Below are positions 39,931 to 50,265 of a stretch of 61,104 nucleotides of DNA, piece after piece; positions within the stretch are counted from its first letter, which is position 1; every line of letters starts with the position of its first letter. A program made the position numbers and the translations under genes. The stretch comes from an uncultured Bacilli bacterium (GTDB lineage: Bacteria; Bacillota_I; Bacilli_A; RF39; UBA660): assembly GCA_947598285.1 (NCBI GenBank), contig CANQFE010000002.1, positions 1 to 61,104 on the forward strand, written 5' to 3'. The notes below the pieces were generated by a model, which was not told where the DNA came from, searched no databases, and saw only the letters and a list, made by a program, of their open reading frames with translations.

Positions 39931-41214
39931 ATGAAAGAAAAAGTAATAGAGTTAGCCTTAAAGGGCCTTTCTGATATGAAAATTGCCGATGAATTAAATA
40001 TTATTGATCATTATTGTGTGACACAGATTTTAAAGGAAGCAAAAGCAAAAGATCCTAATCTTGATTATCAAATTCAAATGGCTCGTTATCTTAATCATCG
40101 CGTGGTGATTGATAAAGATCTTTTAGATGATATTATCGCATTAAATGCTCAAAATTTTTCAAGGGAAGAAATGGCACTTCTTTTAGATCGCGATTATGAG
40201 GAGATTATTGAGCATATTAATGCTTTGCATCGTTCTTCGTTATATCAAGATGAAGAAGCTTATCAAAAAATTATGGAAACTCAAGAAAAATTAGCGACAA
40301 CTCATAAATTTAAAGTTTATCAAAGATTAGAAGATTTAAAACGCCAAGGATTTCGTTTAGATAATATTCATTCAATGCGATTGGATCGTTTTGAATTTTA
40401 TCAAAAAGTGAAAAATTTACTTCAAGAGTATCTGGATTTTAATATGCAAATTCCTGATGATAAGTTAGCGGCACGATATGATTTAAGTATTGATTTTTTA
40501 CGAGGTATTTTAAATGGAACAATGAATCGTGATTTGGTTTCCTTTTTGATAGGTGAAGAAGGAATTCAAAAAATTCGAAAATATCGAGAACAAAATTTGC
40601 TTCATCCTTCTACAGAGCATTTATTTGATCAACGAAATTTAACTGAAGAAGAAAAAAAGGCAATTAGTTATTTAAAAAAGAATATTAATTTTTGGATTTC
40701 TTTTGTTTTAACATTCCGTTTGTCACTTGATGATCTTGCTTACTTTACTTTTTATCCTTCTACAAGTGATATCACTATCCTTCAAAAAAATTTATTTTCT
40801 TTTACAAATTATTTAAGTAAGCAAGCTCTTGATTATTTATTTTTTTCAGTTTCTCATAAAAAAGAAGATGTTTTACAGCGCAGAAAGAAAGCAAGAGAAT
40901 ATATTTTAAAACTTAATGCAGCTGCAAAAAAGGGAAAAGATGAATATTTACTTGTTTTAGGCGAAATTAATGATGGTGATTATAAAAAATTAGTGAGTAG
41001 TCAGAAAAAAATTAATCGTTATACCGAAGAAGATTGGCGAATTGTTTTAAATTATCACATTAAATATGCTTTATCTTTTTCACAATCTTTTTATAGGGAT
41101 CAAACTTTACGGAATCATTGTCCTGATGATTTACGCTCAGAGTTTCAACAATTAAAAGATTATTTAAGGGAAGAATCCATAAATAGATTATCATCAGTTC
41201 AAAGAGGATTATAA
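39931..41214 (+). CDS. Hypothetical 427-aa protein with N-terminal HTH-like segment
   Basis: LALKGLSDMKIADELNIIDHYCVTQILKEA resembles a LuxR/sigma region 4-type HTH. The rest is unrecognised. Sits between lepA and hemW. Confidence 0.55.
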   Translation: MKEKVIELALKGLSDMKIADELNIIDHYCVTQILKEAKAKDPNLDYQIQMARYLNHRVVIDKDLLDDIIALNAQNFSREEMALLLDRDYEEIIEHINALHRSSLYQDEEAYQKIMETQEKLATTHKFKVYQRLEDLKRQGFRLDNIHSMRLDRFEFYQKVKNLLQEYLDFNMQIPDDKLAARYDLSIDFLRGILNGTMNRDLVSFLIGEEGIQKIRKYREQNLLHPSTEHLFDQRNLTEEEKKAISYLKKNINFWISFVLTFRLSLDDLAYFTFYPSTSDITILQKNLFSFTNYLSKQALDYLFFSVSHKKEDVLQRRKKAREYILKLNAAAKKGKDEYLLVLGEINDGDYKKLVSSQKKINRYTEEDWRIVLNYHIKYALSFSQSFYRDQTLRNHCPDDLRSEFQQLKDYLREESINRLSSVQRGL

Positions 41215-42296
41215 TGAAGGCTGTTTATATTCATATTCCTTTTTGTAAGTCTATTTGTTCTTATTGTGATTTTTGTAAAGTATTTTATTATCCTAAGTGG
41301 TCTTATGCTTATTTAAAGGCTTTAAAAGAAGAAATAGATGATGTTTATATGGGAGAAGAAGTGCAAAGTATTTATATTGGTGGGGGAACTCCTTCTTCTT
41401 TATCTTGCAAAGAAATTGATTATTTATTTTATTTCATTAAAAAATTCAAACGAGCTTCTTTTTGTGAAGTTACTTTTGAATGTAATCTAGAAGATATTAC
41501 CGATGATTTATTAAAAGTGTTAAAGAAAAATAAAGTGAATCGTTTAAGTATTGGAATTGAATCTTTTCAAGATCAAAATTTGTGTTTGCTTGGTCGAAAT
41601 CATAGTTTTCAAGATGCTAAAGAAAAAATGAAAAAAATTCGAAGTTATGGATTTTCTAATGTTAATTTAGATTTAATCTATGCTATTTCTAAAGAAAGTT
41701 TAAAAATGGTGAAAGATGATCTTCGCTTGTTTTTAAAGTTAAAACCAGATCATATTAGTACTTATAGTTTAATGATTGAACCTCATACTATTCTTGCTCA
41801 TCAACATATTAAACCAATCCAAGAAGAAATCGATAGGAAGATGTATGATACGATCTGTGCTACTTTAAAAAGAAAAGGATATCTTCATTATGAGGTTAGC
41901 AATTTTGCTAAAAAAGGGAAAGAATCTCGTCATAATTTAACTTATTGGAATAATGAAGAGTATTATGGATTTGGCTTGTCTGCTTCAGGATATTTAGGGA
42001 ATGTTCGTTATACGAATACGAAAAATCTTTTTGCTTATTTAAAGGGAAATCGAAAAGGAGAAAGTCAAATTTTAGATCAAAAAGAAAAAATGGATCATGA
42101 AGTTATGCTTGGATTACGTAAATTAAAAGGAATTAATGTGGCTGAATTTGAAAAAAAATATCAAATCAAAATGAGTGATGCTTATCCTCTCACGCCTCTT
42201 TTAAAACAAAAAGATTTGACTTTGAAAAAAGGATATTTAGCTATTTCTGATGATAAAATTTATGTAATGAATGAAATTCTTGCCAAAATGATTTAG
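41214..42296 (+). CDS. hemW: Radical SAM heme chaperone HemW (HemN-like)
   Basis: HIPFCKSICSYCDF radical-SAM motif. Position after lepA. Confidence 0.85.
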   Translation: MKAVYIHIPFCKSICSYCDFCKVFYYPKWSYAYLKALKEEIDDVYMGEEVQSIYIGGGTPSSLSCKEIDYLFYFIKKFKRASFCEVTFECNLEDITDDLLKVLKKNKVNRLSIGIESFQDQNLCLLGRNHSFQDAKEKMKKIRSYGFSNVNLDLIYAISKESLKMVKDDLRLFLKLKPDHISTYSLMIEPHTILAHQHIKPIQEEIDRKMYDTICATLKRKGYLHYEVSNFAKKGKESRHNLTYWNNEEYYGFGLSASGYLGNVRYTNTKNLFAYLKGNRKGESQILDQKEKMDHEVMLGLRKLKGINVAEFEKKYQIKMSDAYPLTPLLKQKDLTLKKGYLAISDDKIYVMNEILAKMI

Positions 42297-42342
42297 AATA
42301 ATTTTCTTTTTCTTTGTTCATACTACCAATAGGTGAATTTTC

Positions 42343-42798
42343 ATGAAAAAATATTTTCTTTTTCTTCTGCTTCTTTTTCCTTGGCAAGTATCCGCTCAAT
42401 CTATTTTGGATTTAGAAGTTTTAAATGGAACTTTATCTCGTAAATTTGAAACCAATAATAATATTTATTCAGTTATCCTTGATGAGGGCGAAGAGAAACT
42501 TTTATTAAATTATACTTTAAATGATTCTTCGAGTCAGGCTCAAATATTCCAAGAAGAATATGCTGAAGGAAAGGAAAATGTTGCTACTTTAGAAGTTACC
42601 AATCAAGATGGTTCTAAAGAAATTTATACTTTTTATCTTGAAAAAGAAGAAGAGGCAATGGTCTTTTCTCCTCAAAAAGAAGAATTTGATGAAGAAAAAG
42701 AAATTCCTCATTTGAAATATTATGTTGGAGGAGTATGTCTTCTTCTGATTTTATTTTTTTATAAAGTGATTGTCATTGGTTTTCCTAAGAAAAAATAA
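42343..42798 (+). CDS. Small exported protein with cadherin-like beta-sandwich-type segment and C-terminal TM anchor
   Basis: Signal peptide MKKYFLFLLLLFPWQVSA. LEVLNGTLSRKFETNNNIYSVIL pattern. C-terminal VGGVCLLLILFFY. Confidence 0.5.
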   Translation: MKKYFLFLLLLFPWQVSAQSILDLEVLNGTLSRKFETNNNIYSVILDEGEEKLLLNYTLNDSSSQAQIFQEEYAEGKENVATLEVTNQDGSKEIYTFYLEKEEEAMVFSPQKEEFDEEKEIPHLKYYVGGVCLLLILFFYKVIVIGFPKKK

Positions 42799-42812
42799 TC
42801 ATACACTATAGT

Positions 42813-43430
42813 ATGAAAAAATTAATTGCCCATCGTGGTTTAAAAGAAAAAGGAGTGAAAGAAAATTCTTTAGAAGCATTTTCTTTGGCTTTCAAAAATG
42901 AAAATTATGTCGGTTTTGAATGTGATGTTAGAACAACAAAAGATCATGTTTTTGTGATTCATCATAATCCAGTGATTGATGAAAATATTATTTCTTTTTC
43001 TAACTATCAAGATTTAAAAAAGAAATATCATCTTCCTCGCTTAGAAGAAGTTTTAAGTTTATCAGGTGATAAAATTTTTTTATTTGAAATTAAAGAACAT
43101 AATTTTGATGTTTCAGGATTTCTTTCAGTTTTAGATCAATATCCTCAAAAACAAATTTATCTTATGAGTTTTTTTCGATCAGTTATAAAAAAAATGAAAT
43201 CTCTTTCTTCCAAATATCCTGTCGGTGTTTTAAATTATGTATTTAATAGTGAAGAATCTTATCAAGAGTATGATTTTATTTGTTTATTAGAAGATGTGGT
43301 GACGCCTCTTTTGGTTCGTTATTTTAAAGATCAAAAGATTCAGATATTTCTTTATGGAATTCATCATTTTGAAAAAACTATAAAGGAATATCCTGATTGT
43401 TATTTTATTACGGATGAAGTGATAAAATAA
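42813..43430 (+). CDS. Glycerophosphodiester phosphodiesterase family protein
   Basis: IAHRGLKEKGVKENSLEAF and FECDVRTTKDHVFVIHHN match GDPD-family N-terminal motifs. Confidence 0.75.
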   Translation: MKKLIAHRGLKEKGVKENSLEAFSLAFKNENYVGFECDVRTTKDHVFVIHHNPVIDENIISFSNYQDLKKKYHLPRLEEVLSLSGDKIFLFEIKEHNFDVSGFLSVLDQYPQKQIYLMSFFRSVIKKMKSLSSKYPVGVLNYVFNSEESYQEYDFICLLEDVVTPLLVRYFKDQKIQIFLYGIHHFEKTIKEYPDCYFITDEVIK

Positions 43431-43513
43431 GCTATTTTTTTAATTTTCATTGCTTTTTTCTTTGGGACATTTTAAAATAATCATAGAAATTAAGAAGGAA
43501 TGGAAAAATTAAT

Positions 43514-44827
43514 ATGAAGAAAATCGAAACAAATATTTTAAATCACATGTATTGGGAAGAAAGTGATGTCAGCGCGACAACTTATCTCAATGAAGAATGG
43601 AATATTATTGAAGTGTATCCAGATAAAACAAGTCAAAAATGGTTAGGTATGGGTGGAAGTATTACTGAAGTTTCAGCTTATTTATTTCAACAATTACCTT
43701 TAAAAGAGCAAGAAGAGTTTTTAAATGCTTACTATGGAGAACAAGGATTAAATTATCAATTAGGTCGCATTGCAATTGGTTCTAATGATTTTTCTTTAAG
43801 TGATTATACTTATCTTACCGATCAAAATGGTTTTTCTATTGAAAATGATCAAAAGTTTATTCTTCCTTTTTTAAAAAGAATTCAACAAAGAAAAACACTT
43901 ACTTTAGTTGCAAGTCCTTGGAGTCCTCCTGCTTGTTGGAAAAGTAATGAGTCTTTAAAAAATGGTGGACATCTTTTAAAAGAGTATTATCATGATTATG
44001 CTAAATACTTAATTCATTTTTTAAAAAGCTATGAAAAAGAAGGAATTTTTCTTCCTTTTCTTACCATTCAAAATGAGCCATATGCCAATCAACCTTGGGA
44101 ATCATGTCTTTTTACGATTTCTGAACAAAAAGAATTTTTAGAAATTCTTAGTGAAGAGTTAAAAAATTCTCAAACCAATATTCTTCTATGGGATCATAAT
44201 AAAGAAAATTTATATCGCATTGTAAAAGAATTCGATCTGGATAATCCCAAAATAAAAGGGGTTGCTTTTCATAATTATAATGGAATTCATGCTGATAATT
44301 TAGCATTAATTCGAGAAGAAAATCCAAATTTACTACTTCTTCATACGGAAGGGTGCTGTGGTTTTTCCCCTTATCAAGAAGAAGAATGGTTAAAGGATGC
44401 TGAATATTATCTTGTAGATCTTATTTTTGATATGACACATGGCTGTAATGGCTATATTGATTGGAATATATTATTAGATAATAATGGAGGACCTAGGAAA
44501 ATCGAAGAGTATTGTAAAAGTCCAATCATATTAAATCAATCAGGCACATCTTTTATTAAAACACCAATTTATTATTATTTAGGTCACATTGCTCGTTATT
44601 TTCCACCTGATATGAAAATATGCAAAATGAATTTTTATCGTCCAGATTTATTAGGTGTTGCGGGTATAAAAGATGATAATCTTTCGATTGTATTATTAAA
44701 CATAAGTAATGAGGATTTAGAATATAGACTTGTGATTTCAAATGAATGTATTACGGACACCCTAAAAGCTCATTCTATTGTTACTTATTCGGATTCCTTA
44801 AATTTAAAAAAAGATGTAAAGTTTTAA
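43514..44827 (+). CDS. Glycoside hydrolase family 30-like (glucosylceramidase-type)
   Basis: ASPWSPPACWKSN and LTIQNEPY motifs. No signal peptide. Confidence 0.7.
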   Translation: MKKIETNILNHMYWEESDVSATTYLNEEWNIIEVYPDKTSQKWLGMGGSITEVSAYLFQQLPLKEQEEFLNAYYGEQGLNYQLGRIAIGSNDFSLSDYTYLTDQNGFSIENDQKFILPFLKRIQQRKTLTLVASPWSPPACWKSNESLKNGGHLLKEYYHDYAKYLIHFLKSYEKEGIFLPFLTIQNEPYANQPWESCLFTISEQKEFLEILSEELKNSQTNILLWDHNKENLYRIVKEFDLDNPKIKGVAFHNYNGIHADNLALIREENPNLLLLHTEGCCGFSPYQEEEWLKDAEYYLVDLIFDMTHGCNGYIDWNILLDNNGGPRKIEEYCKSPIILNQSGTSFIKTPIYYYLGHIARYFPPDMKICKMNFYRPDLLGVAGIKDDNLSIVLLNISNEDLEYRLVISNECITDTLKAHSIVTYSDSLNLKKDVKF

Positions 44828-44840
44828 CTTAACAAATAAA

Positions 44841-45335
44841 ATGGCAAATGCTATAATAAAAAATCAAAAGAAAGGTTTTTATATGAATCTAGAATGGAAA
44901 TATAATTTAAAAGTTTTTCTTGCGCCTAATTATTGGAGTTTAGAAAAATTACAATTATCTAAAGAATATCATGAATGTTTTTTGACTGAAAATAATGTTT
45001 TACTTCCATCACCAATGTCTATGGAAGAGGAACAAAATTGTGTGATGCGTATCCAAAAAGGAGACCAAATAGCTTTTAGTAAGTTAATCGAACATAACCT
45101 TTGGTTGGTCAATTTTTTTGCCAAACAATTTGAAGACTCTGGCTATGAAATGAATGATTTAATCAGTATTGGTGCCGTAGGTTTGATAGAAGGAATTAGA
45201 ACTTATAAATTAAATAAAAATATTCAACTAATCGAGCATAATTCAAGATGTATTCTGAATGCTATTTCCCATTTTTTAAGAAATAGTTCATCACAAAAAT
45301 TAAAAATCATATTTCAAAAAGATATCAGTTACTAA
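44841..45335 (+). CDS. Sigma-70 family fragment: sporulation-type (SigE/SigK-like) regions 1.2-2 only, no regions 3-4
   Basis: LPSPMSMEEEQNCVMRIQKGDQIAFSKLIEHNLWLVNFFAKQFEDSGYEMNDLISIGAVGLIEGI parallels SigE/SigK region 2. Region 2.4 is degenerate and the ORF ends about 40 aa later. The likely start is ATG 44883. Confidence 0.6.
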   Translation: MANAIIKNQKKGFYMNLEWKYNLKVFLAPNYWSLEKLQLSKEYHECFLTENNVLLPSPMSMEEEQNCVMRIQKGDQIAFSKLIEHNLWLVNFFAKQFEDSGYEMNDLISIGAVGLIEGIRTYKLNKNIQLIEHNSRCILNAISHFLRNSSSQKLKIIFQKDISY

Positions 45336-45376
45336 TTTATGAGATACGTGTTATAATAAAATGGTCAGGTGGTAAC

Positions 45377-47914
45377 ATGAAACGTAGTGAAGTAGATATT
45401 GAAAAACTTAGCCCAATGATGAAACAATATTTGGAAATTAAAAAAGATTATGAAAATGAATTATTATTTTATCGAGTTGGTGATTTTTATGAATTATTTT
45501 TTGAAGATGGTGAGATTGCTTCTCGAGTTTTAGAACTTACTTTAACTGGAAAGAATGCCGGTCTTGAAGAACGAGTACCAATGTGTGGGGTTCCTTTTCA
45601 TGCTGTGAAACCCTATATTGAGAAGCTAGTTAGTCAAGGGTATCGTGTTGCTATTTGTGATCAATTAGAAGATCCTAAAGGCACGAAGGGTATGGTTCAA
45701 AGAGGAGTTACCCAAGTGATCAGCAAAGGAACGGTTGTTGATTTAGAATTATTAAATGAACATGATAATCATTACATTGCTTCTGTGCTTGATTATTCTT
45801 ACCTTTATGTCATTAGCTATGCGGATATTTCCACTGGAAATATTTATGTTTCACTTTTGCCTCATCAAAAAGAGAAGTTAATTAGTACTATTTTAAATTT
45901 AGGAATATTAGAAATTGTCTTAAAATCAAAGGAAGATTTAGAGTTTTTTCTTTCTTTAAAAGGAACGTATGGGTTGGAAGTTTCTTTTTCGAGTGAAGAA
46001 TTGGAAGAACAATATGAAACAATCTATGAAGATATTCTAGAAGAACATATGATTCATTCATTGAAACATCTTTTATATTATTTAGTTGTGAAAGAATTAA
46101 AAGACTTAAGTCATATGCAGAAAGCTCAAATCATTATTCCTGATGATTATCTTGAAATGGATGTTCATACTGTTCGAAATTTGGAATTAATTGAAACTTT
46201 GCGATTAAAAGAAAGAACCTATTCTTTATTATGGCTTATTGATAAAACAAAAACAAGCATGGGTTCTCGAAAATTAAAAGATTGGCTTATGAATCCTTTA
46301 AAGAATAAGGAACTGATTGAGGAAAGATATCAAAAAATTGAAACATTAAATAATGAATTTATTTTAAAAGATGAACTTCGAAATTCTTTATATCAAATTT
46401 ATGATATGGAAAGATTGTGTGGAAAAATTGCTTGTGGTTCTTTAAATGCAAGAGATTTATTACAGTTAAAAGTTAGTTTAAAAGAACTTCCAAAAATAAA
46501 AGATGTAATTGATAAACTAGGATTTTCTCTTCCTTTAAAAACTCATCAAGAAATTTATGAGTTATTAGAAAGAGCAATCTATGAAAATCCTCCTGTTACT
46601 TTAAAAGAAGGGTATTTAATTAAAGAAGGGTATAATGCAGAATTAGATGAGTTAAAAGAAATTCGAAGTGGAGGAAAAGATTTTATTGCTGGGATTGAAA
46701 ATAAACTAAAAGAAGAAACAGGAATTAAAAATTTAAAAGTTGGCTTTAATAAAGTTTTTGGCTATTTTATTGAAATATCTAAGGGCCAGATTGCTAATGT
46801 TTCTGAAAATTTTCATTGGGAAAGAAGACAGACTCTTACTAATTGTGAACGATTTATTAGTCCTGAGTTAAAAGAAAAAGAAGCATTAATTTTGAATGCT
46901 GAAGAGAAAATTATTGATTTAGAGTATGAATTATTTTGTGAGATTCGAGAAACTTTAAAAAAAGAATTGCTTTCTTTAAAAAATACGGCTTCTCTGATTG
47001 CCGAGATTGATGCTTTAGCTTCACTTGCTGTTTGTGCCGAAGAATATCATTTTGTAAGACCAACATTGAACGAAGAACATCAAATTGAAATTAAAGATGG
47101 TCGTCATCCAGTCATTGAAAAAGTTAGTAATTTTGAATATGTGGCTAATGATTGTGTGATGGATAATTCGATTCATACTTTGTTAATCACAGGACCTAAT
47201 ATGAGTGGAAAATCAACTTATATGAGACAGCTGGCAATTATTATTATTTTAGCTCAAATGGGTTCTTTTGTGCCAGCTTCGAAAGCTAATTTACCTATTA
47301 TCGATAAAATATTTACGCGAATTGGTGCTTCTGATGATTTGGTAAGTGGTGAATCTACTTTTATGGTGGAAATGAAAGAAGCGAAAAATGCTATTTGTCA
47401 TGCAACGGAAAATAGTTTAATTTTATTTGATGAATTAGGAAGAGGAACTGCTACTTATGATGGAATGAGTTTAGCCGCGGCTATTTTGGAATATGTTTCT
47501 GTAAAAATTGGGGCGAAAACGCTTTTCTCGACTCATTATCATGAACTTACAACGATGGAAGCCAAAATTCCTTTTATTAAAAATGTTCATGTGAGTGCTA
47601 TAGAAGAAAATGGAAAATTAACTTTCCTTCATAAAATTAAAAATGGTGCGGTTGATAAAAGTTATGGAATACATGTTGCTAAGATTGCTGGTTTACCAGA
47701 TGAAGTTATTTTAAAAGCACAGTCTTTGCTTGATGATTTTGAAAAGAAAAAAACAAAAGAGAAAAAAGAAGAACAAATTCAGTTTGTGATGGACTTTGAA
47801 GAAACAAAAGAAGATGAATTACGAACTAAATTAAAAGAAATTGATCCACTTCGTTTAACGCCTATAGAAGCATTAAATATTCTTTATGAATTAACGAATG
47901 AAGTCAATAAATAA
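45377..47914 (+). CDS. mutS: DNA mismatch repair protein MutS
   Basis: LSPMMKQYLEIK...FYRVGDFYELFF N-terminus. Walker A GPNMSGKST. About 845 aa. Confidence 0.97.
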   Translation: MKRSEVDIEKLSPMMKQYLEIKKDYENELLFYRVGDFYELFFEDGEIASRVLELTLTGKNAGLEERVPMCGVPFHAVKPYIEKLVSQGYRVAICDQLEDPKGTKGMVQRGVTQVISKGTVVDLELLNEHDNHYIASVLDYSYLYVISYADISTGNIYVSLLPHQKEKLISTILNLGILEIVLKSKEDLEFFLSLKGTYGLEVSFSSEELEEQYETIYEDILEEHMIHSLKHLLYYLVVKELKDLSHMQKAQIIIPDDYLEMDVHTVRNLELIETLRLKERTYSLLWLIDKTKTSMGSRKLKDWLMNPLKNKELIEERYQKIETLNNEFILKDELRNSLYQIYDMERLCGKIACGSLNARDLLQLKVSLKELPKIKDVIDKLGFSLPLKTHQEIYELLERAIYENPPVTLKEGYLIKEGYNAELDELKEIRSGGKDFIAGIENKLKEETGIKNLKVGFNKVFGYFIEISKGQIANVSENFHWERRQTLTNCERFISPELKEKEALILNAEEKIIDLEYELFCEIRETLKKELLSLKNTASLIAEIDALASLAVCAEEYHFVRPTLNEEHQIEIKDGRHPVIEKVSNFEYVANDCVMDNSIHTLLITGPNMSGKSTYMRQLAIIIILAQMGSFVPASKANLPIIDKIFTRIGASDDLVSGESTFMVEMKEAKNAICHATENSLILFDELGRGTATYDGMSLAAAILEYVSVKIGAKTLFSTHYHELTTMEAKIPFIKNVHVSAIEENGKLTFLHKIKNGAVDKSYGIHVAKIAGLPDEVILKAQSLLDDFEKKKTKEKKEEQIQFVMDFEETKEDELRTKLKEIDPLRLTPIEALNILYELTNEVNK

Positions 47915-47947
47915 ACATATTATATACTAAGGTGATGGTTTTCAAAT

Positions 47948-48469
47948 ATGAATAGATACTGGTTTTTAGGAGTAGAACCAAAAACAAAAGATTTTATAGT
48001 CATTAAAGATTTAGTAAATCTTTTTTTAGAGGAAAAGGAAAAAAAGCAAAAAATTTCTTATTTTTTAGAGTTATATCATCTTTGTGATTCTAAAACTTTC
48101 TTAGCTATTTGGAATCATCTTAGAAAAGAAAAGCTTGTGGAAGAGTCTTTTGACATTAAAAATATTGTTGAATATTCGGTCATAATTGGTAAACATAATG
48201 AGAAATATCGTTATGTGACACTTTATGAATATTTTCCAAGAAATGTTGATGCTCAAGTGATTTTAAAAACGTATAAAAGAACGAAACTTTTTATTCATTT
48301 TGTTCATGAAGCTATTTTTGAAAATGATATGGACACTTTACAAGAATTAAGTGGTTTTCTTCTTCTTATGCCATGCTATCAGTGGGTGATTGATACTTTT
48401 CTTCCTTTATCAAGTGATCATTTAAAATCAGAAAAATTGCTTCTTTCTAAAACAAATCAAAAACTGTAA
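47948..48469 (+). CDS. Hypothetical protein (173 aa)
   Basis: ORF with plausible composition between mutS and nusB. No motif recognised. Confidence 0.5.
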   Translation: MNRYWFLGVEPKTKDFIVIKDLVNLFLEEKEKKQKISYFLELYHLCDSKTFLAIWNHLRKEKLVEESFDIKNIVEYSVIIGKHNEKYRYVTLYEYFPRNVDAQVILKTYKRTKLFIHFVHEAIFENDMDTLQELSGFLLLMPCYQWVIDTFLPLSSDHLKSEKLLLSKTNQKL

Positions 48470-48524
48470 AAAAGCCTAGTATTTACAGTTTTTTTTTGAT
48501 ACAATAATCGTGTAGGTGAGAAGT

Positions 48525-48917
48525 ATGTTAAGTCGCAGCGAAGCAAGAAAAATTATTATGACTTGTTTATATCAAATCGATATTTTAAAACAAAATCATA
48601 TTCCATATGATATTGAAGAAATTAGAAAAGAAAATTCACCGATGGATAATGAATTTGTGAAAGATGTTTTGTATGGTGTGGAAACGACTCAAGAGGAAAT
48701 CGATCGTCTTGCAAATCATTACCTTATTAATTGGGATATTAAGCGACTTGACAAAACAGGCGCGGCAATTTTACGAATGGCTTTTTATGAATTAAAATAT
48801 ATGGATACGCCACCGATTGTTGTGATTAATGAAGCAGTCGAACTAGCAAAAAATTATACCGAAGAAGATCTTGCTAAAATGATTAATGCTGCTTTAGATC
48901 GCTATGTAAAAGAATAG
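48525..48917 (+). CDS. nusB: Transcription antitermination factor NusB
   Basis: MLSRSEARKIIMTCLYQ and INEAVELAK signatures. AGGTGA RBS before ATG 48525. Confidence 0.9.
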   Translation: MLSRSEARKIIMTCLYQIDILKQNHIPYDIEEIRKENSPMDNEFVKDVLYGVETTQEEIDRLANHYLINWDIKRLDKTGAAILRMAFYELKYMDTPPIVVINEAVELAKNYTEEDLAKMINAALDRYVKE

Positions 48918-48933
48918 AAAAAGGGTTAGTGAT

Positions 48934-50265
48934 ATGAATCAAGAATATTGTACTGTTTCCCAAATTAATCAGTGGATTAAATTGATGTTTGATAATAGCG
49001 CCTATTTAAAAAAAATTTATTTAAAGGGAGAGATTAGTAATTTTAAGCATCATACTTCGGGCCATCTTTATTTTACGTTAAAAGATGATGAGTCTCGAAT
49101 TAGTGCGATTATGTTTCGAAGTGCAGCATCTTCTTTGGGTTTTGTTCCAGAGGATGGGATGAATGTTTTGGTAACTGGACGAGTCAGTGTTTATCCTGCG
49201 GGAGGAAATTATCAAATTTATGTTGATAAAATGGAGCAAGATGGACTTGGTAATCTTTATATTGAATTTGAAAAATTAAAGAAAAAATTAGCTTTGGAAG
49301 GACTTTTTGATCCAGCTCATAAAAAAGTAATTCCTAAGTATCCTACGAAAATAGGAATTGTAACGGCTTCTACAGGAGCTGCGATTAAAGATATATTAAG
49401 TACGATTGAAAGAAGATATCCTATTTGTGAAACCATTTTATTTCCATCATTAGTTCAAGGCGCTTCGGCTAGTAAAGATGTTGCAGAAAAAATAAAGATA
49501 GCTCAAAATTATGATTTAGATCTTTTAATTGTTGGAAGAGGGGGAGGTTCCATTGAAGATTTGTGGGCTTTTAATGAAGAAATTGTTGCTCGAGCTATTT
49601 TTGAATCAAAAGTCCCTGTTATCAGTGCCGTGGGACATGAAGTAGATGTTACGATCGCTGATTTTGTGGCCGATAAGCGCGCGCCAACCCCGACAGGAGC
49701 TGCTGAGATGGCTGTGCCAACGATTGATGAGGTGAAAAAGACATTTCATACTATTGAATTAAAACTTGCATCTTTTTTGGAAATAAAGTTAAAAGAAGCT
49801 TCTTTGGAATTAAAAAAATTAGAAGAAAGTTATGTGCTTTCTCATCCAATGATTATTTATGAAAACCAAATTCAAAAATTAGATGGTTTAGAGGAAAATT
49901 TACATCAAGCTTTGAAACAATACTTAGTACAAAGAAAAATGATGTTAGATCATATTGAATCTAGTTATGTTTTACAAAATCCTCAAACTCTTTATGAGCA
50001 AAAGGAAAAGGATGTCAAAAATTATCAAGTTTTGCTTCTTAAAAACATAAATCGAATTTTCTCTTTAAAGTATCATGATTTTCAACTTATGGTGCAAACT
50101 TTAAAGTTGGTAAATCCTTTAAATATTTTAGAAAAAGGATATTCAGTCGTTAAAAAAGATGGACATATTATTAAAGATAGTCATGTTTTAAAAGTAAAAG
50201 ATGAGTTAAATATAGATTTTAGCAAAGGAAGTATTAGTGTAGAAGTAAAGGAGATTATAAAATGA
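48934..50265 (+). CDS. xseA: Exodeoxyribonuclease VII large subunit
   Basis: OB-fold N-terminus (ISNFKHHTSGHLYFTLKD). GRGGGSIEDLWAFNEE and GHEVD motifs. Confidence 0.93.
   Translation: MNQEYCTVSQINQWIKLMFDNSAYLKKIYLKGEISNFKHHTSGHLYFTLKDDESRISAIMFRSAASSLGFVPEDGMNVLVTGRVSVYPAGGNYQIYVDKMEQDGLGNLYIEFEKLKKKLALEGLFDPAHKKVIPKYPTKIGIVTASTGAAIKDILSTIERRYPICETILFPSLVQGASASKDVAEKIKIAQNYDLDLLIVGRGGGSIEDLWAFNEEIVARAIFESKVPVISAVGHEVDVTIADFVADKRAPTPTGAAEMAVPTIDEVKKTFHTIELKLASFLEIKLKEASLELKKLEESYVLSHPMIIYENQIQKLDGLEENLHQALKQYLVQRKMMLDHIESSYVLQNPQTLYEQKEKDVKNYQVLLLKNINRIFSLKYHDFQLMVQTLKLVNPLNILEKGYSVVKKDGHIIKDSHVLKVKDELNIDFSKGSISVEVKEIIK

Noticed and set aside
44841-47914. A skin-like excisable element interrupting the sigma gene
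   Set aside because: The sequence following the truncated sigma ORF is mutS and other core genes, with no recombinase and no phage-like content. No region 3-4 coding segment is present in the window.
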